DNA of 64,000 nucleotides from a virus: the IMG/VR virus record IMGVR_UViG_3300043444_000140, positions 1 to 64,000 of that record; one strand, given 5' to 3'. The notes beneath the pieces are model-generated. The model saw only the letters and a list, made by a program, of their open reading frames with translations. It had not been told where the DNA came from and ran no database searches. Position 1 is the stretch's first letter. Every line of letters begins with the position of its first letter. Position numbers and translations under genes: made by a program. Shown here one piece after another: positions 46,997-56,300 of the stretch.

Positions 46997-48145
46997 ATGT
47001 CGGAAGAAATTATTAAAAATCAGCCAGGAACATCTGGTAACCTAGGCGGAACCGCCCCAGGTCTTTACCAGGGTCAGGGTGCATTTGCATCAGGTTCAGA
47101 AGATGGTACCAACGTTCCAGGTAACTATACAACCGCTGGTGCAATTGGAAACATTCCAACCGCACTGACAGGTGTAACAAATGGTGCAAACGCTGTCAAT
47201 CCTTCGGGAGAAGCAGGTAGCGGTATCCTTCGTCCAGAACAGGCAAGACGTTTCATTGATTACGTATGGGATGCTACTGTACTCGCCAAGGATGGTCGCC
47301 GTGTGACCATGAGAGCAAACACTATGGAACTTGAAAAGGTTAACGTAGGTGAGCGTGTAATTCGTGCTGCTACTCAGGCTGTTGGTGACTACACCAACGC
47401 TGGTGCAGCATTCACAAAGGTAGAACTTACCACCAAGAAGATTCGTCTTGACTGGGAAGTTTCTGCAGAAGCACTTGAAGACGGTATTGAAGGTGGTGCT
47501 CTAGAGGATCACCTAGTACGTCTTATGACAAATGCATTCGCAAATGACATTGAGGATCTAGCAATCAACGGTACTGGCGACAGTGGCGATGGTGCATTCC
47601 TTGGTATCATGGATGGTTTTGTCAACAAGGCAAAGACCAATGGCGATGCTCACGAGTCAGTAGTAACTGTCTCAGGCAACGCTTGGACTCCAGATGTTAT
47701 GCAGGACATTATCTTGGCTATGCCTCGTAAGTACCGTGCACTTAAGTCTAACCTTAAGTTCTACGCAGGTACTGATGCATTCCAGGGTATTATCAAGCAC
47801 AACGGTACCCTTGCAGACGCAATCGCAGAAGCATTTGCTGGTACTCCAGCAGGTACTCCAGCAAACCGTCAGGCATACCTTGACGGTGCAGGTCAGACAT
47901 TCGGTGGAGCACGTACTACTCGTGTTCTAGGAATTGACGTGCAGGAAGTTCCTTACTACCCTGCAGGTTACGTTGACCTAACATTCCCTCAGAACCGTAT
48001 TTGGGGTTTCCAGAGAGACATCACTGTAAACCGTGAATACAAGCCGAAGAAGGACACAATTGAATACACAGTATTCGTCCGCTTTGGTGTACAGTGGGAA
48101 GAAGAGGATGCAATCGCATTCGCAGACGCTGGTGCAGATTCGTAA
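46997..48145 (+). CDS. Major capsid protein
   Basis: G.L.PEQ..RFI, ALEDGIEG, DIEDLAINGT; AGGAGGT RBS; follows protease. Confidence 0.9.
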   Translation: MSEEIIKNQPGTSGNLGGTAPGLYQGQGAFASGSEDGTNVPGNYTTAGAIGNIPTALTGVTNGANAVNPSGEAGSGILRPEQARRFIDYVWDATVLAKDGRRVTMRANTMELEKVNVGERVIRAATQAVGDYTNAGAAFTKVELTTKKIRLDWEVSAEALEDGIEGGALEDHLVRLMTNAFANDIEDLAINGTGDSGDGAFLGIMDGFVNKAKTNGDAHESVVTVSGNAWTPDVMQDIILAMPRKYRALKSNLKFYAGTDAFQGIIKHNGTLADAIAEAFAGTPAGTPANRQAYLDGAGQTFGGARTTRVLGIDVQEVPYYPAGYVDLTFPQNRIWGFQRDITVNREYKPKKDTIEYTVFVRFGVQWEEEDAIAFADAGADS

Positions 48146-48160
48146 TCTGTAACACCCTTT

Positions 48161-48195
48161 AAGAGGGGGCAGGGCTTCGGCTCTGCCCTCTTTTT
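48161..48195 (+). terminator. Intrinsic terminator after capsid gene
   Basis: GC-rich stem with TTCG loop and T-tract. Confidence 0.8.
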
Positions 48196-48233
48196 CATTA
48201 TAATCTGTTATAATTAATATTTAGGAGGTTCTT

Positions 48234-48605
48234 ATGTCAGATGAACTAATTAATGAAGAAGAGCAATTTCTAGCACTACTCGCAGAAGAGGCAGAAGAGA
48301 TTGCAGCGAAGAAAGAGGCGGAAGCCACTGAAGAAGTCGCAGAAGAAAAAGAAGAGCCAGTACTTGTAGAAGAAAAGGTTTTTGACGTAGCAGAGGAAAA
48401 GCCTGCAAAGGCTGCAAAGACTGAAAAGAAGTCAGCAGAGAAGACAGTAGCCCTTTTGTCTACAAGAAACGTAAACTGGAATGGCGTTGGTTCTGTACAG
48501 GTTGGTTACAACATTGTTACTGAAGAGCAGGCAGAAAAGTGGCTTACTCGTAACCACATTACTCTTGCAACACCAGAAGACGTTGCCAAGGGGTACGGTC
48601 TATAA
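48234..48605 (+). CDS. Acidic hypothetical head-associated protein
   Basis: Own promoter and AGGAGG RBS. Confidence 0.55.
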   Translation: MSDELINEEEQFLALLAEEAEEIAAKKEAEATEEVAEEKEEPVLVEEKVFDVAEEKPAKAAKTEKKSAEKTVALLSTRNVNWNGVGSVQVGYNIVTEEQAEKWLTRNHITLATPEDVAKGYGL

Positions 48606-49730
48606 ATGGAGATTTTGAGAGTTCCACCATATCCAATTACAACAACCTGGAATTTGCCAGACAACAACTATGATTACATAGTATATGTTGAGGATTTGGT
48701 GGATCACTCAATTGAAGAGACCACAGTCACATCAAGTTCTACAGGCGTAGTTACCTATGTCTTGCCAGTAGCAAAGGTACAGTTTGATAGACAGTTCCTT
48801 ATCAGATTCTACGATCAAGAACATGAGCACATTATCCTGGAGTCAAATCTTGACATCGTTAGACCATATGTAGACCCAAACACACTGGGCGTAACCGCAT
48901 CTGAGATTTCAGATTACAAGAAATGGGAACTCATTGCAAGATCCCTAATTGACACTCATACAGGCATTGGTTTTTATAACCACAAATCTATCCTTCAGGT
49001 CCAGGGTAATGGACTAGACTACATGCCAGTATGGCGTGACGCAAACCGTGTGCTAAAAGTATACGAGAACAATGCTATGATCTACAATGGAGAAGACGTG
49101 GCAATCTCAATTACCGACTTTGCCACAACAGGAACAGACACAGTCATAGAAACAGCCTCTGCTCACGGTTTCTCAGTTGGAGACTCAATCACTCTAGCAG
49201 GATTTACAGATACGGATTATAACACTACTTATTCGGTTGCCGAAGTTGTGTCTACAACTGAATTTAGAATTGCAACAACTGTAGAGCCAACACTTAACGG
49301 TGCCGAAACAGTAAAGAGAGTTTGGGCTTACACTTTCAAGGTAACACTAGACAACTCTGCTATCGTAAAAGAATTCACAGGATATACAAACATCATCACA
49401 ACAAACTATCCTAGGCTTCCAATTGCTAGAGGAGATTATGCATACGACGAAAGCAATTATGGAACATTCGTAAATGGTGCAGACTATCTGTTTGTTCTCG
49501 ACGAGGGTTTCCGTGCCATTCCACCAGACGTTGAAAGAGCAGCAGCGATGCTTATTGACGATCTGAAGTGTGGTAGATTAGACTACTACCAGAAGTATGT
49601 CACTACATACAACACAGACCAGTATAGAATTCAGTTCGACAAGAAGATGCTAGAAGGAACAGGTAACCTCATAGTAGACAAGATACTTGATAAGTATATG
49701 AAGTCTATTACTAAAGTTGGGGTGCTATAA
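48606..49730 (+). CDS. Head-tail adaptor-like protein with inserted beta domain
   Basis: ARSLID.HTG, IP.DVERAA.ML, ILDKY; position. Confidence 0.65.
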   Translation: MEILRVPPYPITTTWNLPDNNYDYIVYVEDLVDHSIEETTVTSSSTGVVTYVLPVAKVQFDRQFLIRFYDQEHEHIILESNLDIVRPYVDPNTLGVTASEISDYKKWELIARSLIDTHTGIGFYNHKSILQVQGNGLDYMPVWRDANRVLKVYENNAMIYNGEDVAISITDFATTGTDTVIETASAHGFSVGDSITLAGFTDTDYNTTYSVAEVVSTTEFRIATTVEPTLNGAETVKRVWAYTFKVTLDNSAIVKEFTGYTNIITTNYPRLPIARGDYAYDESNYGTFVNGADYLFVLDEGFRAIPPDVERAAAMLIDDLKCGRLDYYQKYVTTYNTDQYRIQFDKKMLEGTGNLIVDKILDKYMKSITKVGVL

Positions 49731-50179
49731 TGCCTACCTGCGAATCAACCAGTTTTACCTTTCCACTGCTTGCAGACATCTTTTACCCAATTGTTGAGCA
49801 AACTGCTTTGGGAAGCATTAAGAAGCAGTGGATTCACGACAAAACTCTAGCCTGTAGCCTAACAACAGCAGGATCAGCACTGGCAGAGGATGTTAAGCCA
49901 AACGTAAACATTACAAAAGAACTTATCTTGCTAGGACGAATTAGGTCAGACATTCGGGTATCAAGTTCAGACTCAAGAAACGCCATCACCAACATCCTGA
50001 TAACAAACATTAGAGATGTAAATGGTAATGAGATATATGTAGAGACATCTGGACCAAGATCTGGAAAGTCTACGCTATTTGAAATTGCAACCAATGAGCC
50101 TTTTATCAATCCTTTTGGCAGTGTCGAATACTACAAGGTAGTTCTCAGAAGATCAGAAAACCAAGGAACTGATGTCTAA
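49730..50179 (+). CDS. Putative head closure protein
   Basis: Size and position. Confidence 0.5.
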   Translation: MPTCESTSFTFPLLADIFYPIVEQTALGSIKKQWIHDKTLACSLTTAGSALAEDVKPNVNITKELILLGRIRSDIRVSSSDSRNAITNILITNIRDVNGNEIYVETSGPRSGKSTLFEIATNEPFINPFGSVEYYKVVLRRSENQGTDV

Positions 50180-50844
50180 TGTTAACAATGAGCCTAGACC
50201 TTAAAGCATTTAACAAGGATATGAAAAATATTCTGGCATACTCTAATGGATTTCTAGAAGGTGCAGAGAGAGCCAAGCCAGCACTACTGGGTCTGCTTGG
50301 TGCTAGAATTTCAGAAATGCTAAAAGAGTTTGTAGACTCAAATGCCAGGGTGAACCCAGAGACACTTCACCACGTATATGAGTGGTATCAAACAGGAAGT
50401 CCAAACTCAAGACTATTTGAAATTAACTACACAGTTACAGGAGGTGGACTATCAATGTCTTCCTCATTCAGTCAATCCAGAAGCATTAAGTCTGGATCAA
50501 GGGTGCCATTCTACAACAAGGCTTTTATCATGGAGAATGGTGTTCCTGTAACAATTACACCAAAGACAAAGTTGGTTTTTGACGTTGATGGAGAGACCGT
50601 CTTTACGTCAAAGCCAGTAACTGTCAATAATCCTGGAGGACCAACAAAGGGTGAATACCAAAAGGTATTCGATTTATTCTTTGACGTATACCTAAAGCAG
50701 TCATTTTTGAATGATGCAGGCATTCTTGGAAACCTAAGACAGGCAAAAGATTTTGACGCTAAGTTTTCGTCTGCAAAACGTGGGGGCAGGGCATTAGGAC
50801 TAACAACAGGGTATAATTGGATGATGAAGGCAGGTAAAGAATAA
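50179..50844 (+). CDS. Putative neck/tail completion protein
   Basis: Position. Confidence 0.45.
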   Translation: MLTMSLDLKAFNKDMKNILAYSNGFLEGAERAKPALLGLLGARISEMLKEFVDSNARVNPETLHHVYEWYQTGSPNSRLFEINYTVTGGGLSMSSSFSQSRSIKSGSRVPFYNKAFIMENGVPVTITPKTKLVFDVDGETVFTSKPVTVNNPGGPTKGEYQKVFDLFFDVYLKQSFLNDAGILGNLRQAKDFDAKFSSAKRGGRALGLTTGYNWMMKAGKE

Positions 50845-51386
50845 TGGCAAAGACATATCCACCAGTATTTATTAACAACTATCTTAAAGAAAAGATCAAC
50901 GCATACTTTGAGTCAAATCCTTTTGACGGTATAGTGAATGAAGTAAACATTCCATTCTTCCCCACAACGCCAACAGATATAGACGCACTGACAGAAACAT
51001 TCCCAACAAGCCAGGGAACCTTTGCGGTATACGATAGAATGTTTAAGTACAGAAGAACCCCATTCCCACACATCAAGTCAGAGCAACTTTTATACTACTT
51101 TTACAAGATGCAGGGTGACTCAGAACTTATGATGGAAATATCTCAATTAGCATACGAACTTCTAGACCGTGAGGACGAGTCAGCCCAGGAGATAAATGAC
51201 TGGATTCGTTCAAAGGTGGTCAATGGAGTAGTTACCTTTTCTGGAGTAGACTTTTATCCTGTATTTTTCCATAGAATTAAGATGTACCAACTAGAAGAAA
51301 CTAGGGATATTGTGGACTTCGGTACAGCCAGAACCTTTGCTGGTAACAAGATAATTATTGATTACGATTACCATCAAACTGTATAA
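50844..51386 (+). CDS. Putative tail terminator
   Basis: Immediately before tail tube gene. Confidence 0.45.
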   Translation: MAKTYPPVFINNYLKEKINAYFESNPFDGIVNEVNIPFFPTTPTDIDALTETFPTSQGTFAVYDRMFKYRRTPFPHIKSEQLLYYFYKMQGDSELMMEISQLAYELLDREDESAQEINDWIRSKVVNGVVTFSGVDFYPVFFHRIKMYQLEETRDIVDFGTARTFAGNKIIIDYDYHQTV

Positions 51387-51456
51387 AAAGGCTGTTATAC
51401 TTATAACTGAGGAAACATCGCCCAAAATTCCATAAAGAAATAAGAGGTGAAAAATT

Positions 51457-52158
51457 ATGGCATATACAAGAGGAACTAACACCAACATCATCGTTGGTGC
51501 AGCAGCACTATTTGTTTACAAGCCAGGTCAACTCGATGACCCAGCGAACCAACTACCAACATACGTTGATGGTATTTCGTACAAGGACGAGTTGTCAGGC
51601 TACATTGCAGATGCATTCTGGAACGGAAGCCCAGCCCAGACATCATCGAACGCAACTAGAGCAGCAAACTTCGAGAACATCGGTTACACCAGCAATGGTC
51701 TAGAACTACAGTTCCAGCCTGACTTCGGTGAAGTACAGGTTGACCAACTTCTTGACGTTGCAAAGTTGTACAAGCAAGGTATGCAGGTTAACCTAAATAC
51801 TTCGTTCGCAGAGGCAACTCTAGAGAACTTGCTTTACGCAACCGCAGCCAACCCAGACGACTTCGACAACGGAGTAACTAACCCAGACCTAAAGGAACTA
51901 ACCCTTTCTGCAGGTGACCTAGGTGAGTGCCCAATCGAGCGAGGTATCGTTGCAGTTGGTCCAGGTACTGGAGAATGTCAGCCTGACGAGCAGGTTGAGC
52001 GTATCTACATCGGTTACCGTGCACTCTCAATTGAGAATGTTACTGTATCGGCAAAGCGTGACGAGGCAACAATGTTTGAAGTATCATTTAGAATGCTTCC
52101 AGACAACTCTGCTTCTTACGGTAAGATCGTAGACCGTACCATCCCAGCAGTATCGTAA
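51457..52158 (+). CDS. Major tail (tube) protein
   Basis: NIIVGA, IGYTSNGLEL, VQVDQ, EATLENL; followed by terminator ~52174-52212. Confidence 0.85.
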   Translation: MAYTRGTNTNIIVGAAALFVYKPGQLDDPANQLPTYVDGISYKDELSGYIADAFWNGSPAQTSSNATRAANFENIGYTSNGLELQFQPDFGEVQVDQLLDVAKLYKQGMQVNLNTSFAEATLENLLYATAANPDDFDNGVTNPDLKELTLSAGDLGECPIERGIVAVGPGTGECQPDEQVERIYIGYRALSIENVTVSAKRDEATMFEVSFRMLPDNSASYGKIVDRTIPAVS

Positions 52159-52226
52159 ATATAACTTAATATAGGAAGCCGTCCAGTTTAACTACTGGGC
52201 GGTTTTCTTTTTGGTATACTTAGTAG

Positions 52227-52907
52227 ATGGCTACCGCAATATACAAATCTGCAATAATTGAAACCATTGATCGTGAGGAGATATACATCACTCCACTAAA
52301 AATCAAGTATCTAAGGTTGTTCATGGAAGAATTTGGCAATGTAAGAAAGTCTTCAAATAATGACGATGCCTTCACGTTTGTTTCTAAGTGTGCCCTGATC
52401 GCCATGAAACAGTACAAGCCAGAGATAAAGACAATTGAGCAGGTAGAAGACTCTTTTGACCTAGCAACGCTCTATACAGTTCTTGATATAGCAGCAGGCA
52501 TTAGCATGAAGAGCCCAGAAGACTCTGGAGAAAGTATCCCTGAGCAGGCTAATAGCAAAGAAAACAACTCTTGGGAAACTATAGACCTTGCTAAGTTGGA
52601 GTCAGAGGTGTTCTTGCTGGGTATTTGGAAAGACTATGAGGAACTAGAGTCATCTCTATCAATGCCAGAGTTATCGGAAACTCTCAACGCTAAACGAGAG
52701 CAGTCGTATAATGAAAAGAAGTTTATGGCATCACTCAAGGGTATTGACATTGACGGTGGTAAGCCAGAAGAGAACGCATGGGAAAAACTAAAGAACAAGG
52801 TTATGAATAAGGGTAAAGACTCTAACGACATTACTTCGCTTACTGGAGCAAGGGCTAGAAAAGCAGGCTTTGGTATCGGTATGGGCATGTCGTATGAAAA
52901 ACACTAA
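52227..52907 (+). CDS. Tail assembly chaperone, long (GT-like) form
   Basis: N-terminal ~95 aa paralogous to 52962; C-half ELESSLSMPEL helical domain; position. Confidence 0.7.
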   Translation: MATAIYKSAIIETIDREEIYITPLKIKYLRLFMEEFGNVRKSSNNDDAFTFVSKCALIAMKQYKPEIKTIEQVEDSFDLATLYTVLDIAAGISMKSPEDSGESIPEQANSKENNSWETIDLAKLESEVFLLGIWKDYEELESSLSMPELSETLNAKREQSYNEKKFMASLKGIDIDGGKPEENAWEKLKNKVMNKGKDSNDITSLTGARARKAGFGIGMGMSYEKH

Positions 52908-52961
52908 TCTTAAATCTTTTGTTTATGTTATAATTAATAAGACCTTTAAAGGAGGAAACAC

Positions 52962-53276
52962 ATGGCAACAACCGTAAATGAAGCAAAGACAGTTACTATG
53001 CTTGACGGAACTAAAATTGAAATTAGACCACTAAAGATCTCTCTTCTTCGTCCATTCATGGACAAGTTCGAGAAGATCGCAGAGGTCGCAGACAATAACT
53101 CAAAATCAATGGACCTTCTTCTAGAATGTGTGGCTATTGCTATGAAGCAGTACAAGCCAGAACTAGCAGAGAAGCCAGCAGACTTGGAAGATCTTCTTGA
53201 CCTTCCAACAGTCTATGAAATTGTGGAGGAAGCATCTGGACTTAAGATTGCCCAGACTGCTGCTACACTACTGTAG
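52962..53276 (+). CDS. Tail assembly chaperone, short (G-like) form
   Basis: PLKI..LR.FM..F, IAMKQYKPE; AAGGAGG RBS. Confidence 0.75.
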   Translation: MATTVNEAKTVTMLDGTKIEIRPLKISLLRPFMDKFEKIAEVADNNSKSMDLLLECVAIAMKQYKPELAEKPADLEDLLDLPTVYEIVEEASGLKIAQTAATLL

Positions 53277-53306
53277 CAAAAAATAAAATAAAAGAGGTGT
53301 TTATGG

Positions 53307-56300
53307 ATGGCTGATTCCCAGACTAATATCAATATAAATATTGATACCAGTCAAGCCCTAGCAAACCTGCAGGCTTTGCAGTCTCAGATATCAGCCTTCC
53401 AAACCTCGATGGCTCGTGGCACTGCCACGCAAGCAGCAAACGCTGCCAAACTAAGACAAAACCTAATAAACGACATCAATGCAACTAAAAAGTTTGCAGC
53501 AGGTATCACAGATATCAAGACCACTACAGAGTCGTTTACAACCTCACTTGAGAAAAACAAGTTCTCAATGGGGCAATACTTTAAGTATGCTGGTGGTGCA
53601 ACAAAGAATTTCGGTAAACTATTCAAAACCGAAATGGCAACTATTGATAAGGTTGCTCGTGAACGTGTCAAAGACCTACAGACCCAATACATCCAACTAG
53701 GTCGTGACGCAAACGGTGCCATGAAGGCAATTTCCGTAAGACCACTAGTTCTTGACATGGAAAACCTGGGAACCAAAACAGCCATCGCTGCCCAGAAACA
53801 ACAGATTCTAAACCAACTCCTAAAGCAGGGGTCAACAAACATGCTCAACTGGGGTAAGAACACCCAGTGGGCAGGTCGTCAGTTGATGGTTGGTTTTACA
53901 GTTCCTCTAACTATGGCAGGTACTGCAGCAGCCAAAGCATTCATGGACATGGAGCAGGCTGCAATTAAGTTTAGCAGGGTATACGGAAGTTTTGGAACAA
54001 CTACTAAAGACGTAGACGCAATGGTAGACTCAGTAAAGAGACTAGCCTCCGAGTTTACAAAGTACGGTGTTGCGGTGTCAGACACAATGACCATGGCTGC
54101 AGATGCTGCAGCAGCAGGTAAAGAGGGCGTTGAACTATTAGAGCAGGTAACTAACGCAACCAGGCTTGCAATTCTTGGTAACGTAGATCAGCAACAAGCA
54201 CTGGAAACAACAATGTCTCTAACAAATGCGTTTGGTATTGCTGCAGAAGAACTCACAGGGAAGATCAACTTCCTTAACGCAGTTGAAAACCAAACCGTTA
54301 CCGCCATTGAAGACCTTACAATTGCTATTCCAAAGGCTGCTCCAGTTATTCAGCAACTTGGTGGAGACGTAGAAGACCTAGCATTCTTCCTAACAGCAAT
54401 GAAGGAAGGTGGAATTAACGCATCAGAAGGTGCTAACGCACTTAAGTCTGGTCTTGCATCTTTGATTAATCCAACCAACAAGGCATCTGAGTTCCTGCAG
54501 AGTTTTGGCATTAACGTAAAGAACATCGTTGAGTCAAACATGGGAGACGTTAAGGGTCTAGTTGTTGAGTTTGCATCAGCCCTCGACACCCTAGATCCAC
54601 TAAACCGTGCACGTGCCATCGAACAGATGTTTGGTAAGTTCCAGTTCTCACGTCTATCAACATTGTTCCAGAACGTAATTGACGAGGGTAGCCAGGCAAA
54701 CAAGGTTCTGGGGCTTACAAGGGCAACCTCTGAAGAATTGGCAATCCTATCTGAGCGAGAGTTGAAGAAGGTTGAAAGTTCTCCAATGTTCAAGTTCCAG
54801 AAGTCAATCGAAGACATCAAGGCAAAACTTGTTCCAATTGGAGAAGCATTCCTAAAGGCTATTACTCCTGTTATTGATTTCGTAGGAAAGTTCCTAGACG
54901 GATTTAATAAGATGTCCGAGGGTGCAAAGAGTTTCTGGATTACAACCACAGCAATCCTTGCTGGTGTTGGTCCAGCACTTCTAATGACAGTTGGTCTTGT
55001 TGCTAACGGTATTGCAAACCTTATTAAGATGTTTGCATCTATCAAGTCATTCATTAACAGAACTTCGCAAGATACGAATGCTTTGGGTGAATCAACCTCA
55101 TACATGACCGCAGAGCAGATCAGAGCAGCAGCGGTCGCTGCATCACTTGAGCAGGTACACCAAACCCTAGAACAAAGATTTACATCAGAAGCAGCCTCAG
55201 TAGACAAACTGACGCAGGCTTACGGAAGAAACATCGCAGCACAATCTGCATACAGTAACGCAAACCTTATTCCAACAACTCCAGTTAGGGGTGCAAAGAA
55301 ATTTGCAACTGGTGGATTTGTGTCTGGTCCTGGAACAGGAACGTCGGATTCAATCCCTGCCATGCTGTCAAATGGCGAAGCAGTTATCCCAGCAAAGTCA
55401 GTTGCACAAAACCCTGACCTAGTTAGAGGCTTGATTGCAGGAAACGTTAAGGGTTACTCTCAAGGTGGAATTGCTAATGGCAAGGCGGTCGTAGCCTTTG
55501 GTGCACACCAACCATTCACAGTCGCTCACGAGATGATCGCAAGAATGGGTATGGATATGGCTGCCGAGTCAGGTGCCACATTCAAGCAGTTCTCAACTGC
55601 CCAGGGTAAGTCGAAGAGATCTCTACTCACTGACGACCTAAAGAAGAAACTTATCCAGGAGTCTATTGGTATAACTCCAGACATTACCAAGAACCCATTC
55701 ACCCTGATGGAGTCCCTATCTGCACAAGGTATCAAGGACGTAACCCTACTTCTTGGTCAAGACAGAATGGCTGCTGGAGTATTCGACAAGGCAGCAGCAG
55801 ACTACGGAATTACTCTACGCAAGGTTGCTATCCCTAGAGATCCAGGATCACCATCTGGCACCGAGACAAGACTAGCAATTTCAAACAACAACACCAGAAG
55901 ATATCAGGAACTAATTGCCTCTGGTGCATCTCAGGCGACCAAGGATGAAGTATTTAAGCAGATGAAGTCTGCCATGTCAATGCCAAAGATGGCTAAGGGC
56001 GGTATCGTTTCTGGACCTGGAACAGGAACCTCAGATTCAGTTCCAACTCTGCTATCTCGTGGCGAAGCGGTAATCCCTGCTAAGTCGGTAGCAAGCAATC
56101 CAGAACTAGTAAGAGGACTGATTGCAAATAACATTCCAGGATTCAGCGAAGGCTTTGACTCGACAGGACTAATAAGTGCTGCTATGGCTAAGTATCGTGG
56201 ATCAAAGCCCGAAGTATTCCAGGCTCAGTTTGAAAGAGAACTTGAAGACATTCTCAAAACAACTGGAGATACTCAAACAATGCTACTTGAGCAACTTCAA

